From IMG/VR virus record IMGVR_UViG_3300023174_003901, positions 136,247 to 200,246 of that record: DNA of 64,000 bases; one strand, written 5' to 3'. Shown one piece after another: positions 25,579 through 34,811 of this stretch (position 1 is its first letter; every line of letters begins with the position of its first letter). A program made the position numbers and the translations under genes. The stretch comes from a virus. Taxonomy: Duplodnaviria; Caudoviricetes. Under the pieces are notes generated by a model. The model did not search any database, was not told where the DNA came from, and saw only the letters and a program-made list of their open reading frames with translations.

Positions 25579-26820
25579 ATGAATGTTCTAATTCTTACAC
25601 CGGATGCAGTGGGCAGTACTTTGTTGCAACGTATGTTGACCATTTACATGCAATTTCATGCGTTTGGCCGTCCAGTTATCAACCTACACGAACTGACCAA
25701 TGGCCTGGCCCGATACTACAGCCCTGAATTCAATCAAGAATTGGTCAGTAAACATGCCTTGAAAGAGTGGGGATATCATCAGTCACTGGCACAGGTGACT
25801 GAGATGTTGAGCAGTGTGGATCACTACAAAACGTCAAGACTTGCACACTATCATATTGTGCGCCGCGGGGACTCCGTGGCGGAACAAATTCCATTTTATA
25901 ATTATCTCAATGAGAATTTTTTTGTAATTGCCTGCCGACGTGAGAACGTGTTTGAGCATGCGCTCAGCATGACTCTCAGCACTGTGACAAAAAAACTCAA
26001 TGTGTACGATGTGTATGAAAAAGTAGACACTTTTTATGACATGTACAAATCTGGGATCAACCTGGATGCCACAGTATTTGAGCGCCAATTGACAGCCTAC
26101 AAAAATTATCTCACCTGGAGTGAACAGTATTTTGATATTGGTGCATATTTCCATTACGAAAAAGATATTCCCAGACTGGAACAATACATCCTAAATCTGC
26201 CGGTATTTGCCGCACAGGCCACACAGATAACCTGGGATCAAAATTTCGGGCACAGTTTCAATGACTGGAATCAAATGCACTATATCCGTAGCAATCCTAG
26301 TGCATTGTCCTGTCTGCCCGCACAGGCCGTGGAAAAATTGTTGTTGACTCTGGATCCAGTTGATGATTATCAACAGCACAGTCAGCCAGAAATGCCGCCT
26401 GTTTATTCTGCCGCAGATCTTGCGGCGCTGCCTGAACATGTGGTCAACACCTGGACTCGTGACGTGATCAGCCGCACAGGCATTGTGCCTTTCCTGGACT
26501 CAGAAAAACAGCAAAAACTAGCACCATATGAGTCTGGTTATGCCATGGCCAAAGCCACAATAGATCAAATGATCCAATTAGGCATAATGGTCAGTGGCCC
26601 GCCTATCAAAAAACAAACACTAGATGACAAGCACCAAATAATCAAAAATTTTGATCAATTGATCACAGTGTACAACCATTGGATTGAACAAAATCCTGGT
26701 ATTGGAGAGCCCATTGACAGTGATAAAATACAGAATCAAATATCAACAGAATCTAACTTCTGGAATTCAATTATGAATTCAAAAGATTCTGTACCTGCGT
26801 TGCTACCCATTCAGCCGTGA
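25579..26820 (+). CDS. P-loop sulfotransferase-like protein
   Basis: Start revised to MNVLILTPDAVGSTLLQR (resembles the 5'-PSB loop); CRRENVFEHALS; FHYE. Confidence 0.5.
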   Translation: MNVLILTPDAVGSTLLQRMLTIYMQFHAFGRPVINLHELTNGLARYYSPEFNQELVSKHALKEWGYHQSLAQVTEMLSSVDHYKTSRLAHYHIVRRGDSVAEQIPFYNYLNENFFVIACRRENVFEHALSMTLSTVTKKLNVYDVYEKVDTFYDMYKSGINLDATVFERQLTAYKNYLTWSEQYFDIGAYFHYEKDIPRLEQYILNLPVFAAQATQITWDQNFGHSFNDWNQMHYIRSNPSALSCLPAQAVEKLLLTLDPVDDYQQHSQPEMPPVYSAADLAALPEHVVNTWTRDVISRTGIVPFLDSEKQQKLAPYESGYAMAKATIDQMIQLGIMVSGPPIKKQTLDDKHQIIKNFDQLITVYNHWIEQNPGIGEPIDSDKIQNQISTESNFWNSIMNSKDSVPALLPIQP

Positions 26821-27634
26821 GGAGATCAAAGTGCAGTCCGTCACGTGCTCGATCCAGATATTCAACTCTTATTAAATCACACAAAAACTCAGGATGACTC
26901 TGTTGTATTGCTTGAAACTCCAGCAAGCCCTTGATATCTATACCGTGTAGTGTGCGCAATTCTGTGACAATTTCGGGATAAAGATCCTGACATTCTGTTG
27001 AACTTGATGGCAACAGAATTGGCCAATTAGGATCACGTGTTTTTTGCCAGGCCGCATCAGTAAAGGAGTTATTGCTGAAGTTTGGCACAATAGATTCTAT
27101 CACACGTGAATTTGCACAATGTGTACGAACCTTTTTCCTACATGAATAGAAATTTTCAAAATCCTGTATATCAGTTGACTTCACATGATGCTGACGACGA
27201 TCCAGATCCGACAGGTCAGCGTCAGGGTGTTCTCGACGATGCAAATAACTCCACATTATCACAATGTCACTGGGTCCGGCAAGATCATATGCATCACATG
27301 CTGTTCTAGCAATCCATTCATTGCTGGCCCCGTCCATGGCCACCGTGATCACACGGCGCTGACTGTGTTGGCTCAGCACTTGAGGCCAGGTGTGCTCAAA
27401 GCAACTGCCCAGGCCTACGGTAAAACTATCACCCAGGCACCACACAGCAGACTCTAAATCCTCCGGCCATTCCTGATCTCTAAATCCTCTGCTGTTGTAT
27501 CGGTAGTCAATTGAGTGTGGCCATTGTGTGAACACTTCCCGGTCTAAACATCTGTTCAAACTGTCCATTCCAGAATAGTCAAACTGTTGGTTGGCAAGTT
27601 CAGGCAGGGTCAATGGACCATTGACTGCGTTCAT
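26771..27634 (-). CDS. SGNH/GDSL-like protein
   Basis: YRYNSRGFRD...WCLGDSFTVG...AMDGASNEWI...DGLH. Confidence 0.65.
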   Translation of the reverse strand: MNAVNGPLTLPELANQQFDYSGMDSLNRCLDREVFTQWPHSIDYRYNSRGFRDQEWPEDLESAVWCLGDSFTVGLGSCFEHTWPQVLSQHSQRRVITVAMDGASNEWIARTACDAYDLAGPSDIVIMWSYLHRREHPDADLSDLDRRQHHVKSTDIQDFENFYSCRKKVRTHCANSRVIESIVPNFSNNSFTDAAWQKTRDPNWPILLPSSSTECQDLYPEIVTELRTLHGIDIKGLLEFQAIQQSHPEFLCDLIRVEYLDRARDGLHFDLLTAEWVATQVQNLLNS

Positions 27635-27646
27635 ATTTGACCCTGG

Positions 27647-27871
27647 TTAATCTTTGTCTGTGACAATTACTGCCACATTATCTACCCAGACCATTCGCCC
27701 AACACAAGCAATATTCCATTTGGTTTCACCATGCTCTTGAGTGCATTCTGTGTAGGTTTCGCCAATCAATCTCACATCTTTGGCCAGATGTTCCGTACCA
27801 TTTTCAAATATGCGCCAAACCAATTCTGAGCCATTGTGTCGGGTGTTGAATCTCACGTGGTACTTATTCAA
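27647..27871 (-). CDS. hypothetical protein
   Basis: 74 aa, TTG start, fills the gap. Confidence 0.55.
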   Translation of the reverse strand: MNKYHVRFNTRHNGSELVWRIFENGTEHLAKDVRLIGETYTECTQEHGETKWNIACVGRMVWVDNVAVIVTDKD

Positions 27872-28706
27872 GGCCCAGAGACTTTCTTATATTGGTCGCA
27901 GAGATATTGGTAATCGATTGGTCAAAGGATTCTTGCTCGATTGTGTAACCCACGTCGCGACCATAAGTGATATTAACAATATTAGGAACAACCTGAATTT
28001 CATATTGACCTTGGTATACAGTATCTAAATCCCTGCGTATGAAGTATTTAACTTGCTCAATGGCAAAAGGATTTGTGCCTTGCCAACCCTGGCAATCACG
28101 TATTTGTATAACCACCTGCCCTGTTTTGGCAATGGCACGTTCAAACAAGGCACGATGTCCTGCATGCCACGGCTGCCAGCGACCCAGCATTTGCACAGTT
28201 TCCTTTTGCCAATCGAATGTGGGTCTACGGCGATTCTCAATTATGTGCTCGCCCACAAATTCCACCCATTTCTCTGCGTTCTGTTCTGTAATGCGGAAAT
28301 CATAAACTTCAGGTGGCACAAACATCCGGTTGGTGTCTTCAAAACGGCCTTTTTCAATTGTGTCAATCCAAATGCACCAATCTGCTTTGAAATTGTTGCG
28401 CATTTCCACCAAGGGTGCCACAAAGTCCACAATACAATAGTCAGTATTGGCTTCGTCTGCTAGGTCTCGCATGCGCAGACTTTGTCTAACTCGTCCTTCT
28501 GTTGAGAAGTCCCAATCATTGTAGTGTCTACGCACTTCGTCGGCATTGAGCCATGCCACTGTGATTCGAGCATCAGCAATGGGTCTTAGACTGTGCTCAT
28601 TGATGGGTGTGATGTGATCTTCGAGATAGCGTTTTAATCGTTCTGCAAAGTAGGTTTTGCCCGAGCCGGGCAGGCCCATTATTAATATGCGTTTAGGTGT
28701 TTTCAT
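27864..28706 (-). CDS. adenylylsulfate-kinase-like + HxGH nucleotidyltransferase fusion
   Basis: GLPGSGKT...LNADEVR...DWDFS..GR; C-terminal GRWQPWHAGH. Confidence 0.75.
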   Translation of the reverse strand: MKTPKRILIMGLPGSGKTYFAERLKRYLEDHITPINEHSLRPIADARITVAWLNADEVRRHYNDWDFSTEGRVRQSLRMRDLADEANTDYCIVDFVAPLVEMRNNFKADWCIWIDTIEKGRFEDTNRMFVPPEVYDFRITEQNAEKWVEFVGEHIIENRRRPTFDWQKETVQMLGRWQPWHAGHRALFERAIAKTGQVVIQIRDCQGWQGTNPFAIEQVKYFIRRDLDTVYQGQYEIQVVPNIVNITYGRDVGYTIEQESFDQSITNISATNIRKSLGLE

Positions 28707-29328
28707 AGTAGTTCTCCAGTATAAATTTGGCTATAGATTCATGTTCAGAATCTGAGGGGTGTTTGACATGTGGTATTAATTTATTAGTTATTAAATCATT
28801 GATAGTTAAATCCACTAATTTTATTTGTTTTGCATCACAATGTGCTTGGATTGCCTGCCGATAATTCCGAGTCTTTTTTGCCATTTCCTGGCTGTCAAAA
28901 TAATTTTCAATCAAGAATGGGTACACCGCAGATAGATCATTTATCGCCTGATCACTATCGCCGGTGAACCATGCTCCATGCTCGCGCTTGTCGTGCATTT
29001 CAAAGTTGACTAAATCAATCATGCTACTGGCCCAATTGGGCAACACAAACCAATGTCGATTTTGATTTTTCCAATACAGTCGTTCATTGCTGGTCCACAT
29101 CACAACAACAGAATGTATATTGTTTGCGCTGTGTAAATGGTCCATGACACTGTGAAATATGTATTCATTTGACGCACCACTCAAGGCAACATTTACTAGT
29201 TCTGTGTTTAATGCTCGAGACATATAAGCAGAGTAGGATCTTTTGACATTTTCTTCATGCATGAATCCGTTGTACAACTCTGCACCGTGAGTGACTGAAC
29301 ATCCTGACACCAGTAACTTTTGTTTCAT
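28693..29328 (-). CDS. SGNH/GDSL-like protein
   Basis: LVSGCSVTHG...NVALSGASNEYI...HPSD..H. Confidence 0.6.
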   Translation of the reverse strand: MKQKLLVSGCSVTHGAELYNGFMHEENVKRSYSAYMSRALNTELVNVALSGASNEYIFHSVMDHLHSANNIHSVVVMWTSNERLYWKNQNRHWFVLPNWASSMIDLVNFEMHDKREHGAWFTGDSDQAINDLSAVYPFLIENYFDSQEMAKKTRNYRQAIQAHCDAKQIKLVDLTINDLITNKLIPHVKHPSDSEHESIAKFILENYYENT

Positions 29329-29945
29329 GTGTGTTTTCTACTAGCGTGTCGTGCAAGATCATCTGTGGCGTGATGTGCAATGGGTTTAAAATACTTGGCA
29401 TTTGCATCCGTTGCTAATATATCCTTTAATCTGGGATCTGCTGTGGCAATTGGGAAGGCCAGTTGTTGTTGAATATTTTCTAGATATCGTTGGCCATAAA
29501 GATGCAGTAATTCATAACTCAAGAACACAGGTGCTGCCAATTGATCAAACTCTGCCAGGGCCGTGCTCAATGTAGTTGCGCCACGGACACGGGACTGTTG
29601 CATTTGAACTATGTTCTGATCACGTCCTAACACAGCAAACTTTATACGTAGACCTGCTATTTGCAATTTAGACACAAATGCTTTGAAATTGGGCACCGTA
29701 GGCACACCATTATTCATATACGGCACACTCATTGACGTCACATACCAGTCGCTCTGAGCCCATCTGTAGTATCGCAATTGATCAGGATCCTGCCAGTACT
29801 GTGCAAATGGCTCTTGATCATGTCCTATCCAATAATCCGTTAATAGTGCTGACCATCCTGAGACCTGAGGGTGTAGGGCAAATATCTTGCTCCATAAGTG
29901 ATTGCCTGCGCCTTGCGGGCCTGTTAAGATTAATATTGTTTTCAT
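29325..29945 (-). CDS. P-loop sulfotransferase/kinase-like protein
   Basis: LILTGPQGAGNHLWSK...LGRD...LSYE. Confidence 0.5.
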   Translation of the reverse strand: MKTILILTGPQGAGNHLWSKIFALHPQVSGWSALLTDYWIGHDQEPFAQYWQDPDQLRYYRWAQSDWYVTSMSVPYMNNGVPTVPNFKAFVSKLQIAGLRIKFAVLGRDQNIVQMQQSRVRGATTLSTALAEFDQLAAPVFLSYELLHLYGQRYLENIQQQLAFPIATADPRLKDILATDANAKYFKPIAHHATDDLARHASRKHT

Positions 29946-30592
29946 CGGGGTAGTGCCGCTAGGTAGTCCATGGTTGCGGCAGTTCGTATGCCTGTTAATT
30001 GCAATGTCACGCGAGGATCAAAGCCTGCGTTGGCTGTGCAGTGTGGAATATTGGCCCAGTCAAATGTTGTTACATCTCCTGCCCGCCAATGGTTGTAGTG
30101 ATAATTGCCGTATTCCCAGAACTGTCCTGGCTGCCACGCTGTCAATTGAATCATTATACGCATGATGCTGTCAGGGTGTTCGGGGCTCCATTTCTGCAAT
30201 TTATCTATGTGTAGATTCCATACTTCTCCAGGCTGCTGTACGTGTATGCGATTCATGCAGTCTTCCAGTGCAAAAGCATCACTGATACGCTGTAGACTTT
30301 CAGGCATGCGCCACGTCAAATGTGAAATAGGCAAGTCCGCAGGCATGCCATTTGCCGTCAAATCATATTCTTCTTTTTCAAGTTCTTCCGGCGGCGCTTC
30401 CAGTCCTTCACCTTTGTAACCACGTGTGGCCCAGGTTGCAGGTCGTGCGTTTGCAACAATATCCGTTAAGTCGTGAGCCCACGTGGGTTCTATACAGCCC
30501 AAGTATGCAACAACCGTTTCCGGCCGATCTATTTGTTTAGGATCAAAATGATAGGTGCTCTTGGACTTTGATATTTCCCAATTTGATTTCAT
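29942..30592 (-). CDS. 2OG-Fe(II) oxygenase / cupin-like protein
   Basis: Q.PG..WNLHID (HxD)...PHCTAN...RVTLQLTG. Confidence 0.65.
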   Translation of the reverse strand: MKSNWEISKSKSTYHFDPKQIDRPETVVAYLGCIEPTWAHDLTDIVANARPATWATRGYKGEGLEAPPEELEKEEYDLTANGMPADLPISHLTWRMPESLQRISDAFALEDCMNRIHVQQPGEVWNLHIDKLQKWSPEHPDSIMRIMIQLTAWQPGQFWEYGNYHYNHWRAGDVTTFDWANIPHCTANAGFDPRVTLQLTGIRTAATMDYLAALPR

Positions 30593-31209
30593 ATCACTGT
30601 TACCCTTATGTTTGATTGACCATAGTTTTGGCTGTATTCACCTGGCGGCCAATCAAGATTCAATATACTGGCCAACTCGTGATTTGTCAGCGGGTGCCTT
30701 CCGTAATATTGAAGTTGTGCCGCTACTATACCTGCATTTTGCTCGCGAATTATACCAGCCATTGTTTTTAAGTTCTTGTAATAGTCATGATACAGTGGAT
30801 ATGTGATGTCAAAATGGCCGCACTTGACCCACCAACCTAAACAAGCGTCATCATCACGATGCACCAACACTATGGGGCAGTCAGGCCATGTTGCTTTGAT
30901 ATAATCAATATGATTGGCAAACACGTGACTTTTGATAATTCTAATTCCTGTGCCCGAAAATGGCCTATCAAATTCTGCTTCGCACTGGTCTTTTGTGTAT
31001 TGATCCAATTGATCAAAGAAATGGCCGAATTCCATTCCAGGATCAAAATACGCACCCAAGTGCATTAATTCTCGCCGGCCACTCGCATCGTGATAATATG
31101 TACGTGCGTCAGAATAGTCAGAACGATCAATATCGGAACTGTAATAAATGTTCTTTACTACACTTGACCATTTAGAGCCTGGAGCGCCAGCCACAAAGAT
31201 ATATTTCAT
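30589..31209 (-). CDS. P-loop sulfotransferase-like protein
   Basis: IFVAGAPGSKWSSV...IIKSH...VLVHRD. Confidence 0.5.
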   Translation of the reverse strand: MKYIFVAGAPGSKWSSVVKNIYYSSDIDRSDYSDARTYYHDASGRRELMHLGAYFDPGMEFGHFFDQLDQYTKDQCEAEFDRPFSGTGIRIIKSHVFANHIDYIKATWPDCPIVLVHRDDDACLGWWVKCGHFDITYPLYHDYYKNLKTMAGIIREQNAGIVAAQLQYYGRHPLTNHELASILNLDWPPGEYSQNYGQSNIRVTVI

Positions 31210-32183
31210 TCTTTACTTAAATCAATTTTACTCAGCACAGGAATAAAGGCGGCTCTTAGGTCATCCATGTGTCGTTTTAATCCAGCAGGAGTTAGTTCAT
31301 CTTCAGCATAAAAGATAACATTGGCATCCGTATATTCTCGATATTCTGCACTACGAACAGCGGCTGAGAACTGTTGTTGATACCAGTCTGCGATATCCTT
31401 AGATGTACCAGGAGGCAATTGAATTGACCACGCGGCATATACGTTAATGCCAGGTGTGACTGTGTTCAATAACGGAACTGCAGGAAACTGTGGCATTCGC
31501 CTTGTGCCGGTAAATCCAATGGGCTTTACCTTGCCCCCATCAATTAATGATTTGGCCACTGCAATGGGCACAATACCAAATTCTGTTCCTATCTTACCAT
31601 CCCATTGACCCACACTTTGCAGTGCAGGAACAGGGCCATTGAATTTGATGCTTTTAACAACATCCTTGTTGCCCCGGCCCTTGTCCATTAGGTATTCAAA
31701 TGCAGTACGATGCGCACCGCCACCAATGGCCACATTGATATTTCTACCCGATTGAATATATTTTACAAAGTCCTGAGGAGTTTCAATCCCACTCTTTACA
31801 CTTGCAACTAGTACCAATGGTGATTTACCCATTGTGAGCACATCAACAAATGAATCGTAATTGTATTTTTTGATGTTCTTTTCCCAGATGTCGTTTGTGA
31901 CATAACTGCTCATGTGGCTGGGCAGATTAATGGTGTGCCCATCATTGGCGGCTTCTAAAAACCGGTTGTTGGCAATCACACTGTCTGCGCCAGGAATGTT
32001 TTGTACAACATACACAAAGTTGGGATTGCGCTTCTGCACAATTTCAGCCAGTTTGCGGAAGGCCATTTCGTTTCCGGCCCCGGGGGTGTTGCCAATAACA
32101 ACTGTGACAGGACGTGTGGGCTCCCAGGCAAATGCCATGACAGGCGCCAGTAGTGCGGCGATTAATAATTTTTTGATTGACAT
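31206..32183 (-). CDS. Bug/TctC tripartite tricarboxylate transporter substrate-binding protein
   Basis: Signal peptide; P.RPVTVVI...PG; NIPGA; DGHTI; FPAVP; AWSIQLPPGT. Confidence 0.85.
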   Translation of the reverse strand: MSIKKLLIAALLAPVMAFAWEPTRPVTVVIGNTPGAGNEMAFRKLAEIVQKRNPNFVYVVQNIPGADSVIANNRFLEAANDGHTINLPSHMSSYVTNDIWEKNIKKYNYDSFVDVLTMGKSPLVLVASVKSGIETPQDFVKYIQSGRNINVAIGGGAHRTAFEYLMDKGRGNKDVVKSIKFNGPVPALQSVGQWDGKIGTEFGIVPIAVAKSLIDGGKVKPIGFTGTRRMPQFPAVPLLNTVTPGINVYAAWSIQLPPGTSKDIADWYQQQFSAAVRSAEYREYTDANVIFYAEDELTPAGLKRHMDDLRAAFIPVLSKIDLSKE

Positions 32184-32193
32184 GCGGACTCCT

Positions 32194-32199
32194 TAAATA
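32194..32199 (+). promoter_or_regulatory. late-promoter-like TAAATA (rightward)
   Basis: Upstream of the plus-strand gene at 32236. Confidence 0.5.
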
Positions 32200-32217
32200 G
32201 TATTTGAAAATCAACTT

Positions 32218-32223
32218 TATTTA
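32218..32223 (-). promoter_or_regulatory. late-promoter-like TAAATA (leftward)
   Basis: Upstream of the AGGAG SD of the Bug gene. Confidence 0.5.
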
Positions 32224-32235
32224 CCAAAATTTCTT

Positions 32236-32961
32236 ATGAACACCAAAATTTTTAACCTCTTAACAAAAAATTTGCAACTAGCGTTTAATTTACCCAAGTA
32301 TGCAAATATTTCTATTGATGCTGATACTGTTGTACAAGACCTGCCCTGGACCCCAGCACGTTATTCAAAGTTCAAGGACGCTGTGGAAGCAGAGTTATCG
32401 TTGCCTTGCGATTATGTGGGTACATTACGAAGCATAGTAGACGATCTTTCAGAACGTTATATTCTACGTTTCTTCAGTGAAATATGGAAGCCACGCACAG
32501 GCGACTATGAACACACAGGTTGGGAACTTGCTGATGAGATCAACAAATTAAATCCTGAGCGTGTGTTGGACGTGGGCTGTGGCTATCACCCATTCAAAGG
32601 GCGCATACAGAACATTGTTGGAATTGACCCTTACAATAACTGTGCAGATTATGAAGTTGATATCTTAGAGTACCGAGTCAAGCATCAATACGATGTTATT
32701 ATTGCGCTGGGATCAATCAACTTTAATAGTCGAGACGAAATTGAGCAACGTTTTGCACACTGTGTGAGTTTGTTGAAACAGGGTGGAAAATTTTACTTAC
32801 GTGCCAATCCTGGTATCACACACAAAACAGGACCTTATGTGGAAATATTCCCCTGGACATTTGAAGTAGTAAATGAATTTGCTGAGCAGTACAATTTACA
32901 TTTGGATACCTACAAAAAGGATGCCAATGATCGATTGTATTTTGTCTATACCAAACTGTGA
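32236..32961 (+). CDS. class I SAM-dependent methyltransferase with a small helical N-terminal domain
   Basis: VLDVGCGY motif I; GID; YDVIIALGSINF. Confidence 0.8.
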   Translation: MNTKIFNLLTKNLQLAFNLPKYANISIDADTVVQDLPWTPARYSKFKDAVEAELSLPCDYVGTLRSIVDDLSERYILRFFSEIWKPRTGDYEHTGWELADEINKLNPERVLDVGCGYHPFKGRIQNIVGIDPYNNCADYEVDILEYRVKHQYDVIIALGSINFNSRDEIEQRFAHCVSLLKQGGKFYLRANPGITHKTGPYVEIFPWTFEVVNEFAEQYNLHLDTYKKDANDRLYFVYTKL

Positions 32962-33590
32962 TTTTGCAGGTAGTTGGCGGCTGCAGAATGTGCCTGTTCC
33001 AATGGATGATGATATTCTGTACTAATAGCATGCCCATTGCGTTGACTCCAGGCCACAAAGTTTGCACCGTCAAACAAATGCAAGTGTGGCGCAATTTTTT
33101 GTTGTAATTGTGCAATGCCTGGACTGATGTTCCATCTTGAATCCAGCAATAATTCGTCCATGTAAGTCATGCAAAACTTTGCTCCCACGGACTGTAGTGC
33201 TTGCACAGCACAATCAATCCAAATTAAATTGTTTAATTTGTCTGTGTATTCTGCTTGGAAGTGTCGATAATAAAATTCTGCTCGCTCATGTTGATCCCAA
33301 GGCAAGACAGAATGCCATTGATTGTTGCCAGCATACATATAGTCCCAACGATTTACAAAAGTCCAATTGATTACATAAACATCACTGCTGTGTTGTGCCA
33401 CCTGATCCAGTATGTTGTTTAGTATTTGTAAATTGCCCGATCCTGGCCTGGCATAACACTGATACTCCAATCCTTGACGTTGGGCAATTATGGCCGGCCA
33501 TGTCAATTGACTGTATTTTTTTGATTTGGTGGTAATGTCAGAAAGATCACTGCCAAAAATAAAACTGCACCCGAAACTTTTCAACTTCAT
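32946..33590 (-). CDS. SGNH/GDSL-like protein
   Basis: KSFGCSFIFG...ARPGSGNLQI...HHPL..AH. Confidence 0.6.
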   Translation of the reverse strand: MKLKSFGCSFIFGSDLSDITTKSKKYSQLTWPAIIAQRQGLEYQCYARPGSGNLQILNNILDQVAQHSSDVYVINWTFVNRWDYMYAGNNQWHSVLPWDQHERAEFYYRHFQAEYTDKLNNLIWIDCAVQALQSVGAKFCMTYMDELLLDSRWNISPGIAQLQQKIAPHLHLFDGANFVAWSQRNGHAISTEYHHPLEQAHSAAANYLQNHSLV

Positions 33591-33624
33591 AGTGCAGTTA
33601 TATATTGTGAATTATATGTGTAGT

Positions 33625-34374
33625 TTATTTTCCAGCCACTGCCAGTGCGGCGCCTTTGTTGAAACTGGGACTCCAGGGACTGTTGGCCTGAACCAAACCT
33701 TTGCGCTTGCTCCAATTGTAGCCAGCACGATGTCCTGAGCAGTCCTTGGTACAGGTTGAGCCCAGGAACTGTAATTCACTCAATTGCTCACGTCCTTTGA
33801 TGCCAATGACCATTGAGCGTTGATACTCAGTTTCAGGATCTTCCAGGTCCCATGTGCCTGAATACAGTACTGATTCTAATGGATATGCCTGTAACAGTTC
33901 TTCAGGAGATTCGTATGCGTTTTGTTCCACAGCATCTCGTCCTTGCATGATCACCAGGGTGCCGTCAGGAATATTATCAAACCATCCGTGGTCAGCAATG
34001 TCGTTGATGCTGGTGTTTATGACTAGTCCGGGCTGTTCAAGTTGTCTGTAGTCTAGTTCATTGACATCAGCCTGCATGTGTTCCACACCTGAAATATTCA
34101 TATCTTGTTGCAATTGCTGACCAGTACGCAACCATTCGCCTCGTTGTTCTACATCCACAATTCGATCAATAGGCACGCCTGTTCTGCGTAGGATTGTGCT
34201 GAGATTGCTGTACCAAGAGCCCAGTATGTAAGCAACAGGTACTGATTCAACGCCCTGTTGTTCCAGTATCAATTTGAGTTCACGGGCCAGCCACAGTTTG
34301 CTGAACACCAGATCCGGCGTGTAACTGCCCTCTAAACTAGGGCCGCTGGATTCAAAGATATCACCCAGATTCAT
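33625..34374 (-). CDS. methyltransferase-like protein with capsid-targeting-like leader and basic C-terminal mini-domain
   Basis: MNLGDIFE; SKLWL; ILGSWY; D.N..; VINTS; LSE then FLGSTCTKDCSGHRAGY. Confidence 0.55.
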   Translation of the reverse strand: MNLGDIFESSGPSLEGSYTPDLVFSKLWLARELKLILEQQGVESVPVAYILGSWYSNLSTILRRTGVPIDRIVDVEQRGEWLRTGQQLQQDMNISGVEHMQADVNELDYRQLEQPGLVINTSINDIADHGWFDNIPDGTLVIMQGRDAVEQNAYESPEELLQAYPLESVLYSGTWDLEDPETEYQRSMVIGIKGREQLSELQFLGSTCTKDCSGHRAGYNWSKRKGLVQANSPWSPSFNKGAALAVAGK

Positions 34375-34803
34375 TTAGTTGGCCTTTTGCCCGCGATCTT
34401 TTTCAGTGATAGGACCGCCTACTACCCAGCCCGCACAGGTTCTGGTTCCAGCACATTTAAAGTGTAGAAAATTGCAGTAGCCAAGATCACTCAAGTTTAT
34501 TGTGGCCACAGCGTCTGCATGTTTTTCATCGCCTTGGATTCCTGACTCGATACACTTGCGCATACTGTCACTGGCATCAAACGCCGCACAGTTGCCGCAA
34601 AGCATGGTCTTTACAGTTTTTTCTGGCACCGCCCAACGCTTGGCAGCACCTGCCCAATAGTCGCCTGGCTCTAGTGGATTAGCCGGGCCGTAGTGATAGT
34701 CGTCAATGGCTGTTTGGCGATTTTTAAGATTTAAGGTGATATCATGCGTGGCAATAGGACAGCCCTTTTGCACCGCTTCCACAAGATTGATGTACTGTCT
34801 CAT
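34375..34803 (-). CDS. Cys-rich (CxxC...GYC...C...CxxW) protein with capsid-targeting-like leader
   Basis: MRQYINLVE; CGNC; GYCNFLHFKCAGTRTCAGW. Confidence 0.6.
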   Translation of the reverse strand: MRQYINLVEAVQKGCPIATHDITLNLKNRQTAIDDYHYGPANPLEPGDYWAGAAKRWAVPEKTVKTMLCGNCAAFDASDSMRKCIESGIQGDEKHADAVATINLSDLGYCNFLHFKCAGTRTCAGWVVGGPITEKDRGQKAN

Positions 34804-34811
34804 TGGGTACC

